A DNA stretch of 64,000 bases. Origin: Octopus sinensis (taxonomy: Eukaryota). The position numbers and the translations under genes were made by a program. This document shows, one piece after another, positions 26,161 through 39,561 of this stretch. The notes under the pieces were generated by a model that was given only the letters and a program-made list of their open reading frames with translations, did not search any database and had not been told where the DNA came from. The stretch spans positions 67,530,464 to 67,594,463 of the forward strand of contig NC_043011.1 of assembly GCF_006345805.1 (NCBI RefSeq), written 5' to 3'. How positions within the stretch are numbered: the first letter of the stretch is position 1; each line of letters begins with the position of its first letter.

Positions 26161-27486
26161 AATCAAGTCAGGATAGAAAATGCTAAAATAATTTTATAAA
26201 AACATTTCAGTACCGGTTTCAGTCATTGAGACTTTTTCAACTGTAACAATTAAATAATTAAATTAAAGTGGTCAGTGGCGGCTAGCTGTTGCTGTTCAAT
26301 TCATGAGAATATTTCTATTGAAAGGTTTGTTTATAGAATTTGCGTAAGTATTATACTAAAAAGCATTAGTGATAAAGTTAGGAAGTAGAAGGGGAGAAGA
26401 AGAAGAAGAAGAAGAAGAAGAAGAAGAAGAAGAAGAAGAAGAAGAAGAAGAAGAAGAAGAAGGAGAAGAAGAAGGGGGAATATGAATGAGTAGAAGTAGT
26501 AAGGTGTTGTATGACTTAAAGTTGGCACGTTATGGGTTATAGCTGTGATTGGGGCTGATTTTTAATGGATTCTTAGGAATGTAATATTTGCGCGTGTATT
26601 TGTGTTATTCTAAAGCCAAGGTGGATATATCGTTTGTCGTAGACCGGTTCAGAAGGGGCCTGTATTTTGTAATAAAGAGAGTTTCTTTACTTATTCGTTG
26701 GCTCGGGGTTGTATCGTCCCTGAATTGGTAGAGGGGGAAAATCCTGAAGCTTGGAGTTTTGTTGTTGGCGCAAATATCTATGTGTTGGCTGAATCCTATT
26801 TTTCTGTTTTGGGGAATTTTTATCTGGATCTGTGCAGGGCCATTCTTTTACGTAAACTATTTTTTGTTTGGCCTATGTATTGCTCTTGACACCCAGAGCA
26901 GGTAGTGTGTATATCAGGTTCTCCGAAGCACATGCGAAGTTGCTTTTCACTGTGAACTGTTGTCCCTGTTTGAAGGAGAACTCTGATCTCTCAATTAGAT
27001 AATCGCATATCCTGCAATTGGGTCTTCCACATTTTTTTACTGTCGGCTTCTGTGTTGATGAGCGTATGCTTTTTAGTATAACACCTACGCAAATTCTATA
27101 AACAAACCTTTCAATAGAAATATTCTCATGAATTGAACAGCAACAGCTAGCCGCCACTGACCACTCAAAATACGACAATCAAGGCACTCCGAAATTCTTT
27201 CCGCCCCACCTTCTCCTCATCTTTCTTCTTTTTCTTCCCTACCAAGAATTCACAACGACCTCAAACCCACAAGTGTAAAAAGAGAAACAGGGAAAGGCAG
27301 AAACAAGGAAAATGCCACTTATATTTGAACACTATACAAATATTCTTTTAAAAGACCTTTTCTTTTAATTTTTCTAAACTTAATTATTTAATTGTTGCAG
27401 TTGAAAAGGTTTCAAATGACCGAAACCGGTACTAAAATGTTCTTTATAAAATTATTTTAGCATTTTCTATCTTGACTTCTTTTTTC
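26157..27486 (-). mobile_element. Penelope-like element fragment with GIY-YIG endonuclease flanked by inverted pLTRs
   Basis: Frameshifted CGRPNCRICDYL...NLIY/TTCSGCQEQYIGQTKNSLRKRMALHR. 26157-26348 is the inverted match of 27388-27486 plus 27083-27172. Confidence 0.88.
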
Positions 27487-27784
27487 ATATATATCAACTC
27501 GTGTGTTCCTTTTCATCCTTATACATATATATATCGAAACGCTGAGTAGATGAAACCATGGCGACTGAAGAAGGGGAATTTTCCTTGTGTTATTTGTATT
27601 GTACACTACTTTTTCGTTGTTTAAGAAAAATGTCCAGTTCCTTGGTTTTGTGTTTATGTTTTCGTTTCTCATTGTGTTCGACGTTATTTTTGGTGTCCTG
27701 TACCCATATATGCATGTATATATACATGTAGAGGTAGGTACGTACATATATGTATGTATATATGCATATCTTTTATATATTAAT

Positions 27785-27841
<57 letters not shown>

Positions 27842-28479
27842 TAAATTCAGAATACCAAGGATTCCGAATCAAACTGGTTTAATCTATACATGTAACTTCC
27901 AAAAAATCCTTTGAGCGCCCTTCTTTTGTTTGTCTGCTCACTTGTATGTGTGTTTGTGTATGTGTATATGTGTGTGTGTTTGTGTGCATATATGTGTGTG
28001 TATGTATGTATGTATGTGTGTATGTATGTATGTATGTATGTATGTATGTATGTATGTATGTATGTATGTATGTATGTATGTATATAGTCAATATTATTTC
28101 GAGATTTCTTGCCAATAGAGAAAGAGCCAGTTTCTAAACTAGATCCAAGGCTCCTTCACTGGAAATTCAACATCAACGGGTTATGCATGTATGTATGTAT
28201 GTATGTATGTATGGATGGATGGATGGATGGATGGATGGATGGATGGATGGATGGATGGATGGATGGATGGATGGATGGATGGATGTGTATATGGATGTGT
28301 ATGTGTTTTGTTTAAAGTATGTATTTTCATGCATATAGTTGCATATTTAGATAGGCACATATATACCAAAATTATATACTTCAAGAATGTTCTACAGATC
28401 ATTATAGTTCCACTGATGGCTTGGATCTGTTATCTTCCATTCAGCTTTCTCGTTTCTGGTTTTGAGAAGCCTAATTTCT

Positions 28480-29900
28480 CAAGACTGATATTTTGGCAAT
28501 TTGTTACATATCACAGGGCCCCAATAATTACAGGTATAAACCTGAACTTATAATCTGGATTCGTAACAGCAGATTTCTCAAGTGTAGGTATTTTCTTTTT
28601 CACTGAACTGGGCAGCTGAATTCTACAACTTTACACAGTTGCTCTTTTCTATCCCAAATCTCTATGTCAGGTCTATTATGTTTTCATTTTATTAAGGTTT
28701 GCCCGGCGACATTCCACCATTATTATGAGTGGCTATGGCTTCTACCATACCGTGGGTTCTTATTTCTTTGTCCCCCCAGGTTATTCTTCCGAAGTTTCTC
28801 GTTTTACAGTGCCCTGGCTACATCATATCTCATCGATAGATAATACTGTGATTACATTTTGGGGCAGCTACCTATGATATTGGTGATATATTTGGTGTTA
28901 ACTTCACAAAGTCTGCATAACTTCTGCATCTTTGTCTCTTGCATCAGGTATTTGGTTAATATTTCCTGTTCCTGGATTGCAAGCGTATACCCTTCAAAGC
29001 GGGAGTTAGTAATCCAGCTGTTGTTCCATGATAGACTGCTTTGAATATTAATCTTTGAATATCCTCTTGGAGCTTTCTGCTAATATATCCGTGCATAGTC
29101 ATCTGCCCACATACGCTCGTCCTTTCATCTGATGATACGTTGCAGCAGAGTCGTGGAATTTCTTTGGGCGTGCATTTAAGGTTATCAAGACAAAGAATGC
29201 TGCTTTCTAAGTCTTATGATGTTAATCAGCCTCAAGTATGCCCACCTGGCCAAGGGATGCGCTTCGACACTTGTTGGTTAAAAGATGATGCCGAAGGGAT
29301 ATGATACGACATTCAAAGGCAGTCTGGATCGATGTTAAGCCTCTTCTGTTTTGTTATCGTTTTAGGTAGAGGCGGTCTACGTCACTGCTAATGTGGGAAT
29401 TGTGTGCTGATTAAATTCGGGTTTTCACATCAGTGGCTTGGATCTCATCAAGCGTCCAATCAAGCAGCCCAAATATTGGTATGAGTACTGGCACTACTAG
29501 CGCATTGTGGGCCATTGTTTTATTCAATGTGGAAAGTTCCGAGACCCATATTTTCTCCATTCGACTGCAATATTCTTTGGTGACATGCATTTTGTTACTG
29601 GTGCCATTGTAAGATGTGTTTTCAATTACCCTTAGATGCATGTAACATTCCTGATCAGATACAGGGGAGACTGTTAAGCCATTGATGCGGATGTTGCTAG
29701 TGCTATTTAGTTTCCTTTCGTTTCATCACCATATAAAAACATTTATCCTGACCAAACTTGAACCCTACATCCTTTGAGAATGTTGTAACCGGGTCAAGGA
29801 TCTTTTTCATCTCATGCATATTCTCAGCATATAGTCTCAAGTCATCCACAAAGAAACAGTTTGTAATTTTGGTATTTCTGTTTCCTTGTGAACCAGTGAG
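28480..29900 (-). mobile_element. Degraded R4/Dong-like non-LTR retrotransposon (RT end plus REL endonuclease)
   Basis: Fragments TNCFFVDDLRLY, SRFEGYTLAIQEQEILTKYL and HNRPDIEIWDRKEQLCKVVEFSC. Confidence 0.8.
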
Positions 29901-30099
29901 ATATCCTTAAGACTTCCTTAATATGAATGATAAGGGGTTTGCAGAAGCCCTCCCTATATATATATAAATGTGTGTGTGTGTGTGTGTGTGTATGTGTTCT
30001 TGTTGCTGTTGGTGCTGATGCTGTAAATGTTATTGTTGCTGTTTTGGCAGGTGAAAGTTTTAGTCCTACTGCTGTGTCGTTGTGCCTCTATTGCTGCTG

Positions 30100-30790
30100 T
30101 TGCTCCTGTTGTTGTTGTAGTGGTGGTGGTGATGGTGTCTGCAGTAGTGTTGGTTTCCTTTGCTGTGGGAGTAGGAAAAGAAGAGAAAGAATAAGAAAAA
30201 TACAGCAGAGGTAGGAGAGTAGTAGGATGTTGGTGGAATCCTTTTAAAGGGTCAAGTAACTCCCATTATACCACTCCCGTATTCTTCTTCTTCTCCTCCT
30301 TCTTCTTCTCCTGCGTCTTCTTCTTCAATCTTTCTCTTTTTCTTCTTCTTCTTCTTCAATCTTCTTCTCCTTCTTCTTCTTCTCCTCCTCCTTCTTTTTC
30401 TCCTGCTTCTTCTTCTTCAATCTTCTTCTTTTTCTTCTTCTCCTTCATCTTCTCCTTCATCTTCTTATTCTATCTTCTTCTTCTTCTTCGCCTCCTTCCT
30501 CGGCTACTGCTGCTTGAACCAAGGGACTCATATCAAATATTCTTTTAGGATTGCCTACTACCAAGTATTCACAAGAGTAAAAAAAGAGACAAAGACAGAA
30601 AGAAAAAAGGAAAATGTCCCTTGTATTCGGAAACTATGGAAATATTTAAAAAAAAAAAAACATTTCATTTCATTTTTCCACAAATTAATTGTTTTTCATG
30701 CTTTACTCTGACTTGAAAAGTCTGAAACCGGAAGTAAAATGTTCTTCATGATAAAGTTATTTTAGCATTGTCTACCTTGTCTTATTATAT
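30100..30790. mobile_element. PLE-related UTR/pLTR fragment with (TTC)n, related to 55540-55950
   Basis: Shared AACCAAG..ACTCATATCAAATATTCTT.TAGGATT and GGAAAATGTCCCTTGTATT.GGAAACTATGGAAATAT. Confidence 0.6.
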
Positions 30791-31684
30791 TCCTTATATG
30801 TGTGTGGGTGTGTGGGTGTGTCTGTGTGCGCGTGTGTGTGTGTATGTGTATGTATATATATATATATATTTGTACATATATATGTATGTATATATGTATA
30901 TATATGTGTGTATATATATATGTATATAGATATGTAAATGTATATATATATATATATGTATGTATATATATGTATACACTCACTCAATCAATAACTTTGG
31001 TGTGGTTCCCGTATCGTTTTGCGGAGTGTTATGACTCATTTTCTAATATTCCTCGTTACCATCGTAACGACAATGGCCTATTATCTTACTATCTTGTCTA
31101 ACTGACCTCCTAAAGATACCTACCTTAGTATATTAAAACACAAACAATACATTGGGGTGAGTCTCTGTACGTTTTTTCTAAGTATTATGGCTAAAATATG
31201 GAATGCGATACACCGTTTCGTAGTACCGGTATATTCTACAAAATGAGAAAGACCCAGTCGTTGTTTCATCTTTCAGATACATAAATAGATAGATAGTTTT
31301 ACAGGTACAATGACTAGAAGAGGCCTTCACGGTCATTTTAAGACCAAAACCAGCTTCCTAACTTCATTCCTTCCCGAGATGTCGCATTCTGAATGTCGTG
31401 AAACTTTGACTGCGTTTTTCTCGGATTTTAAGTTGTGGCGCTTACGACGGTCTGTCACTAAACGCCTCAAATGTCCTCTGTTTTCAATACTTGCGATAAT
31501 ACATTCACATCCGCCGGATAGTTGATTCCTACAAAAGTGCACGGCTTCTGTTTTCTGTCCTTCACAAAAATATCAGGTCTGTTATGTTTCCACAAAATTA
31601 ATACATTTATTGGGGGGGATCCACAATCATGTATGTCTCTATGTATGGATGGATGGATGCATGAATGTATATATATATGTATCT

Positions 31685-31891
31685 TTTATCTGTTTCAGTC
31701 ATCAGACAGTGGCCATGCTGGAGCACCAACTCCAATTTTAGTCGAAAGAATCGACTCCACTACTTATTTTTTAAGTCTGGTACTTATTCTATCGATTTCT
31801 TTGGCCGAACCGCCATGTTACAGGGACGTAAACACACCAACACCAGTTGTCAAGTGGTGATGGAGGTAGAAACATACACACACACACACAC

Positions 31892-31952
<61 letters not shown>

Positions 31953-32100
31953 CGGGCTTCTTTCAGTTTCCGTCTACCAAATCAACTCACAAGTCTTTGG
32001 TCGGCTCGAGGCAATAGCAGAAGACACTTGCCCAAGGTACCACACAGTGGGACTGAACCCGGAACCATGTGATTGGAAAACAAGCTTCTTACCACACACC
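31685..32100 (-). mobile_element. SINE family A copy
   Basis: Family A motifs on the minus strand. Confidence 0.85.
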
Positions 32101-33721
32101 CTCTCCTCCACTTATTTATGTATGCCATTGTCCAGTTTTATTTCATGATTTCTTGCCAATGGAGAAAGAGCTGGTTTCGAACCCAGATCCGAAGCTCCTT
32201 CAATGGAGATTCAACATCAACTACAGGGTATGTTTTATATATGTATGTAATATTATGTGTGTATGTTCTGTATGTATGTATGTATGTATGTATGTATGTA
32301 TGTATGTATGTATGTATGTATGTATGTATGTATGTTCTGTATGTATGTATGTATGTATGTATGTTATGTATGCATGCAAGCATGCAGGTATGTTATATTG
32401 TCGTGTATGTCATGTTTGTATGTATTACGTATGTATGTATGATATGTTATGTATGTATACATGTATGCATTATGTAGTTATGTATGTATTATGTATGTAT
32501 GTGTGTTATGTATGTATGTATATGATGTTAAGTTATGCTTGTTGTGTATGTATGTCTAAACATATAGTTGAACTTGCAAAACCGTGCGCTCTGGAAGAAA
32601 TATCATTTTCCCCTACACTATTGTTCCGCCAAGTAGAAAAGCAATTTGCATTTCAAGAAAATTCGAAAATCTTCCCTTGAAACACGATATTTAATAACTT
32701 AACGACGTTCATTTCAAATTCATTTTTTGCGGTCTAAGGGAAGTAACTCTAACAAATTTATCCCCCTTGCCAAAGCAGTTACACAGCTCGGCTTAAATAG
32801 ACTTTATGCTTGTATTACAGCACTATTGTATACAACGTTGCAGGAGTTTATACACGCATACATATATGAAACGGATGGATGAGGAGATCTGCTGCGAATC
32901 GTCCGTTTATTACGTTCCTCTTTTGTGTTTGTTATGTAATCGTCAATTTTTTCTGCCTGTTGTTTTTGTCCTCCCTTTGATTTATTTCTGTGTGTGTGTG
33001 TGTATGTGTGTGTGTGTGTGTGTGTATGTGCGTGTGTGTGTGTATGTTTGTCTATGTGTGCGTGTTTATGTGTGTCTATGTATACATACATACATACATA
33101 TATATATACATACATATACATACATACGTATATATATATATAAATTTTCAGAATGGGATAAAAAAAACCAAGGCAGTGAGAGATTTTAGAACATTTAGAA
33201 ATAGAAATTCTTACAGCCGATTCGGGGATATTTATTATATCCCGTCACCGAAGACGGTGTGAAAAAATGGTTATGCAATAGTTAATTTAGATAAGATATG
33301 AAGTAGAGAGTGGAGTGGAGGAATGAAAATAGATGTGAGATATGCAGGGATATTGCATTTGTAGATCCATTCTTTAAGCAGAATGGTATACATGTAAGAT
33401 TCCAGTTCCATTGCTTTTCTTTTCGTTTTCTTTGTTCCTCTCTTAATGCTTAGATTTGACCTTACAAATACATTCCCAACCTTTATGTCACTTTAAATAT
33501 GACCCTCGATTCAATAACACCAGGTACAAACTCTATGCTTGGAATGACCAATTTTAAATACTATTTGAACTTATTCTCAAGGAACTAGAATCTTAGTCTA
33601 TCCATAGCACTTACTCAGCATTACCTGACACCTTTGCGTCTTACTGACACCATTACCTCTCATAACCTATACATATATATATATATATATATATACAGAG
33701 AGAGAGAGATAGATAGATAGG

Positions 33722-33761
<40 letters not shown>

Positions 33762-34242
33762 GAGAGTGAAAGATAGATATATATATATATACATGTAAGT
33801 ATTCACAGGAAGGTTCGGGGAAAAGTTCCTGGTCTTGAGTAAAACAATATACAGGAGAATCAGTTGATTATAATTTTATTTAACATTTTCCCCTCTAAGA
33901 TTCACACACTTATTGCAACGGTCTTACACTTTTCCTAAGCCCTGTAAAATAACTCAGATAGTTGGGCCTCCAGCCAGGTCTTTCGTGACACCCTTAAAAC
34001 CAAATAAAAATTAATTTTTTAAAAGTACAAAAGAAAGTAAAAGAAAAACTACATATGTTTCGATCCTGGCTACTTAGTAATGCATAATTCAAAGCATTTG
34101 GGTCAAATCCAATGTTAAGAATTGGTTATCCTTTAGAATTTATTTCTATTTAAATTTTGGCTTCAAGCAGTGACTCAAATGATTTACCTATACACCCTCC
34201 AGTCTCCATTTTCTTACCTTATTACAAATTTTGTCGGCTGTC

Positions 34243-34810
34243 TCATTTCTCAGATTTATTTCAGAATCAAGGGATCCATCTCTAGAGAGAGTGCTGCCAA
34301 GATAGATGAACGAGTCGACCACATCTAATCTTGTACCTTGGATGAAGATGTTAGGTTCCACATAGGGTTGGCCTGGTGGCTGAGAGAACATCATCTTTGT
34401 TTTCTTCAGACTGATGGCAATACAAATTGTAGAGAAGAGATCCAATACAGCCTGCATGTCCCCCGTGGTGTAACCAACGAGAACTACATCAAAAGCAATC
34501 TTAAGGCTCTTGATGTGAAAGTTGAAGACTGGGAGCAGATGACGCAAGATCGATTGGTTTGGAAACAAATGATCGACAATAGATGTAAAGCATTTGAAGC
34601 TCAAAGAACTGAAAAATCCATCTTGAGAGAAGCACTTCGTAGACAGGACTTATCTACAACCCCAGACACTTATCTGCTTTAAAATATTTCTAAGATCTGC
34701 AGTAGAGGTTGTTTATCAAGAGCAGGACTTGCTAGTCATAGAAGATCTCAGGACAGTATTTATTAATTGAAGCGATAGCCTTCTTCTGTAAAGAAGTGGC
34801 AATCATATAT
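34243..34810. mobile_element. RTE-clade LINE with an inverted 5' segment
   Basis: Minus 34243-34485: DMQAVLD...KKTKMM...YLGSTLSRDGSLDSEINLR. Plus 34475-34810: NYIKSNLK...WEQMTQDRLVW...zinc finger and RTE 3' end. Confidence 0.82.
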
Positions 34811-34827
34811 AGTTATATATATATATA

Positions 34828-36398
34828 AATAATAATAATAATAATAATAATTGTGTACAGTGCTCAGGTGCACTACAACTCATCTAAAGTGTATATATAA
34901 TCAGGTGTAGTTTCGACGGATTTCGGGAAGCATGAGGGCCTTAAAGGATGCAGTGTCATGGCAGTCAACAACTGATGCAGGCAGTTTATTCCACGCTTCA
35001 GCAACCCTGAGCGTGAAAAAATGTTTCCGAAAGTCATGGGAGCTGTGCTGTTTTCTGACTTTCTAGGCATGTCCACGTGTGTTAGACACATGGAGATCAA
35101 AAAGGTGTTCAGTGTTGTTGTTGGTGAGGTGGTTGATAACCTTGTGGGTGTTTACCAAGTCCGTCGCTAGACGCCGGAGCTTCAGTGAATCCATGCCCAG
35201 GGAAACAAGGCGCTCAGAATATGGTAGGTGTCTGATGGAGGGTATGCGTTTGGTTGCACGTCTCTGGACAGATTCCAGGAGGTCAATGTTCTGAGCAAGA
35301 TAGGGATTCCAAACTGATGATGCGAATTCCAAGTGTGGTCGTACCATAGCTGTATACAGTTTTAAATAGATGGCTGGAGAGCGGCTAACAAAAGTCTTGC
35401 TGAGTGATGCCAAGACACCCTCGGCCTTCTTGACAATTTTAGAGATATGCTTTGTCCAATGCAAATCACTGCTGACAGTGATGCCTAGGTCACGCTCGCA
35501 AGAGGATTTCTTGATATCAGTGTTGTGGAGGGAGTATGTGGACGCAGGGTTTTTTCTCCCAAAATGCATGGTGGTACACTTGTCCACAGCCAGTTTCAGT
35601 TGCCAGTCTGTGATCCATTGCTGCATTGTGTCTAGGTCTGATTGCAGGAAAGAGTTGTAGACATCAGGATCAGTCCTCTTGATTTCAAGGTACAGCTTGA
35701 TGTCGTCTGCATATTTCAATACTGTGGCATTCTTTAAATTGGCATCTATGTCATTAATGTATGCCACAAACAGGAGGGGACCAAGGACAGATCCCTGTGG
35801 TACACCCGATGACATCTCATATGGTGTAGAGTGCTGTCCTAGAACTGTGACTACCTCCTTTCGGCTGAGGATGAAGGATTTCAACCAGTTAAAAAGGTCA
35901 TCCCCCACACCCATTGCAGAGAGTTTCACCATAAGCCTTTTGTGTGGCACAGAGTTGAAAGCCTTAGCAAAGTCAAGGTAGACAACATCCACCCATGAGC
36001 CACTGTCAGTGATCTGAGTAATGTCCTCAAGGAACTCGACAAGCTGGTCACTGCAGCTGGAGTTAGGGACAAATCCATATTGTGAGGGTCGGATGAGACT
36101 GTGAGAGCTCCAGAAGTTCCAGAGTGTTTCTCTGACACACGATTCCATCAGTTTTGCAATACAGCTAGTGAGACTGACTGGGCGATAGTTGACAGGTGAT
36201 GTGCGGTCACCCTTTTTGAACAGAGGAATGACACTGGCAGTTTTCCACTGCTCCGGAGTAGCACCATTGTTGAGACAGTACTGGAAGAAAATAGAAAGCT
36301 GGTGTAAAAGGAAGTGCCTGCCACGTTTGAGAAGCAGGTATATAACTCCATCGAGACCATGAGAGGCATAGTTGCGCTTATTTTGAAGGTGACGTCGC
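34828..36398 (-). mobile_element. CR1-like LINE, 5'-truncated, with open RT and (ATT)n tail
   Basis: 455-aa ORF 35063-36430 with NYRPVSLTS, DFAKAFNSV, QGSVLGP, YADD and RPHLEFASSVWNPY; late frameshift. Confidence 0.95.
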
Positions 36399-36433
<35 letters not shown>

Positions 36434-36672
36434 TATATGTATACACTTCTATGTATGCGTGTGTGTGTATACATACATATATAAACATATATATAATTAG
36501 TTTATATATGTACATTTATGATAATAATATTAGGGAGTATAACTCCAAACGTACAGGGAAAAATTCAATTTAGTATTAAATCAAATTTCACAATATGAAT
36601 ATATATATATGAATTAGAGAAAAACCACTATTATGCAATTCAAACAATGATAGACATAAACCATACCATATA

Positions 36673-36826
36673 GAAAAAATAAAATATATGATAAAACATT
36701 TATCTAGATCACAAAAAGTACATAATAATAAATAAACAGTATATGATAAGTATTAAATACTGTTTATTTATTATTATGTACTTTTTGTGATCTAGCTAAA
36801 TGATTTATCATATATTTTATTTTTTC
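36673..36826. repeat. 70-bp-arm inverted repeat with a 14-nt loop
   Basis: 36673-36742 vs 36757-36826; the inner 39 bp are perfectly complementary. Confidence 0.92.
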
Positions 36827-37418
36827 TTTTCACCAGTTCTCAGTCAAATTGTCCAACCCATTCTAGCATGGAAAGTGGACTTTAAAAGATAATGATGATG
36901 ATGAGGAGGAGGAGGGGAGGATATGGTTTATGTCCATCATTGTTTGAATTACATAATAATGGTTTTTCTCTAATGTATATATATATGTATGTACATTTAT
37001 ACATATATACATGTGTACATTTCTGTGGGTGGGGGGAGGTGTATGTATGCTCGCACTCGTTTGTTTTTATATATATTCACCCATCCACCAACCAGTGTTG
37101 GTTTGTTTATGACTCCGTAAATTATCGAGGCAGCAAAAGGGATCCGATAGAATAAGTACCGAACTTTAAAAATCAAAGAACTACTCATGTCGATTTGTTC
37201 AACTGAGCCAGTCAAGGTGGTGCTCCAGCTAGGCCACAGTTCAATGAGTAAAAGACTGAAGATAAATATTCCCCCTTTTTAACTATCTCTCTCTCTGCCA
37301 TATTTCTATGTTTACATAAATTATATATGAAAGACAGAAGTAAACGCTTGATTAATATTAATTATCTTAATATTTGATACAAGTATCATTAAAAAATATC
37401 CAACTGTAATTAATTATA

Positions 37419-37984
37419 TTGGGTTGTCCAGAGAGTTTGTGCCGATTTTTAAAGGAAAGAAAAAGGTCAATAAATACTTGCCATTACATTTTTAATCACC
37501 CAAATATGAACCATTTTGTTGCACAATGCGTCTCCATCTTTCTTTTAACTTGAAAATACCCTCTTCCCAGAATTGAGGTGGTTTCATGGCAAAGAATTCA
37601 TCAAGGTATCTTTTTGCATCATCCAAGGAATTGAAATTTTTACCATTAGGACTATTCTGCAGAGACCTGAATAAGTGGAAATCCGAAGGAGCAATATCTG
37701 GTGAATATGGAGGGTGGGGTAACACGTCCCAGCCGAGCTGCAGCAATTTTTGTCTGGTTCCTAAAGCATCAAGTGTCGAAACTGAACTTTCTTACTTTCC
37801 ATTTTAAAGGGTTACGGAATTAATGCAGATTATAGGAACATAAACCTTCTTCCACGAAAAGATGGATTAAATTTTGTTCTAAATGGAGCTGTAGCCAAAT
37901 CCAATTTTATGGACTCAACTATATTCTAAAATAAGTCGAAATGTAAGCTACTATAAATCGGCACAAACTTTCCGGACAACCCAA
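37419..37984 (-). mobile_element. Internally deleted mariner element with both TIRs and TA TSD
   Basis: TTGGGTTGTCCAGAGAGTTTGTGCCGATTT / AAATCGGCACAAACTTTCCGGACAACCCAA; transposase C-terminus with HPPYSPDIAPSDFHLF. Confidence 0.93.
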
Positions 37985-38712
37985 TATTTTACTTTGAAGA
38001 AAAAACAGCTGAAAATATATTTCGTATGAAATTGTTATACTTTTATTAAAAATTATCTCTGATAAGGGAGTCAACACTAGACTTAGTTCATCAACAAAGC
38101 TTACACGCTATCATTTTGAGAAAATAATGAATCACAAATTATATTCGATATGTGAAAATGGGGAAATGTGAAAATTTTATAATATTGAAAGAAATTGAAT
38201 CACAAAGATCATCTGAGACGTCATCTGCATGAATGAAAAATCAATTGTTAGTATAGTGAGTATCAGAAATGTAATAAGAAAATAATTATGTGGTAGGGAA
38301 AAGACAGTGTCTCATTGGATAATACTATACTAATATGCTCGTTATGCATGAGAGACTATTCCAAGTATGTTTCAGTGTTATTCGCCCTCCTCAGTGAAGT
38401 ATAGATTACACTGTATAGGTCGTAGCAGTGATGAGATTATCTCTAATTAGATAATTAGATATAGAAATTTTCCCTCTCCACATAATCATTTCTAATTAAA
38501 ATTTTGATACTCATCATATTAAATACACGAATGCTAACTTAACTACGGTTAATCCAATGAGATGGTGTCCCTGTATAAAGTAACCTCACCAAATATTTTA
38601 AACGTTACTTTAAATGAATTAAGGACCCACTAATAGTTTTTATAGTGAAGGACCCCAGAGAAAAAGTCGGCTCTACACCCAGCACAAAAGTGGAAATGTT
38701 CTTTTCCTTTCT

Positions 38713-39108
38713 ATTGCCAGCCTCGCCTGGCCCCCATGCTGGTGGCACGTAAAAGCACCATCCGCTCGCGTCCATTGCCAGCCTCGCCTGGCCCCCGTGC
38801 CGGTGGCACATAAAAGCGCCATCCGTTCGTGTCCGTTGCCAGCCCCGCCTGGCCCCCGTGCCGGTGGCACGTAAAAGCACCATTCGTTCGTGGCCGTTTG
38901 CCAGCTCCGTCTGGCACCTGTGCGGGTGGCACGTAAAAAGCACCCACTACACTCACGGAGTGGTTGGCGTTAGGAAGGGCATCCAGCCGTAGAAACACTG
39001 CCAGATCTGACTGGGCCTGATGTGGCCTTCCGGCTTCACAGACCCCAGTTGAACCGTCCAACCCATGCTAGCATGGAAAACGGACGCTAAATGATGATGA
39101 TGATGATG
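38713..39108 (+). mobile_element. SINE family D with internal 61-bp tandem repeats and (ATG)n tail; minus copy at 59285-59525
   Basis: Units start at 38713, 38774, 38835 and 38896. The 3' end GCTAGCATGGAAAACGGACGCTAAATGATGATG looks like an RTE-type tail. Confidence 0.8.
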
Positions 39109-39119
39109 TTATTATCACT

Positions 39120-39320
39120 GCGGAGGTGCATTGTGGTTAGGGTGTTGGACACATGATTGTATGACTGTGGTTTCGATTCCTGGGCTGGGTGATGCATGGT
39201 ATTCTTGAGTTAGACACTTTATTTCACGTTGTTCCAGTCCACTTGGGCTGGCAAAAACGAGCAATTTCGACCAACCAGTGCAATATAACTGGTATAACGC
39301 TGGAAAATCTGCCTGTTACT
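39120..39320 (+). mobile_element. SINE family C copy
   Basis: Head plus GACACTTTATTTCACGTTGTTCCAGTCCACT. Confidence 0.7.
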
Positions 39321-39379
39321 ATGAACGATCAGGCTTATTGGACGTCCTTTGTCTGAGTTCCTTTGTAAGAAAAAGAACT

Positions 39380-39561
39380 TGTCACAACCATTTGAAGGAG
39401 GCAAATCCTTGTGGGTCGTAGTTATCATTGTTCTCAGCAATAGTCAGTGAGGGGCCATCTCCTTGGTTTTCTTCTCTAAAGTTGTCTTCATTCACTTTTT
39501 CAGTTAGGTTGTCTGCCTCATCAGTGGAGTTTGTAGTATTTACTTAATTTCTTTCTGGTTT
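39380..39561 (-). other. Candidate downstream exon with acidic coding-like sequence
   Basis: Very strong acceptor ttttcttttactctttcAG. Frame 0 reads KPERN*VNTTNSTDEADNLTEKVNEDNFREENQGDGPSLTIAENNDNYDPQGFASFKWL*, with one early stop. Confidence 0.35.

Noticed and set aside
34200-34242. Donor-like AAG|GTAAGA next to the RTE inversion
   Set aside because: No acceptor or exon upstream except RTE sequence; probably chance.
38350-38400. Hammerhead-like CTGAGGA...GAAAC (also near 33210)
   Set aside because: Stems II and III are broken; counted only as decayed PLE remnants.
38713-38945. Regularly spaced repeats suggesting CRISPR
   Set aside because: Contiguous tandem units with no unique spacers, eukaryotic context, no cas genes.
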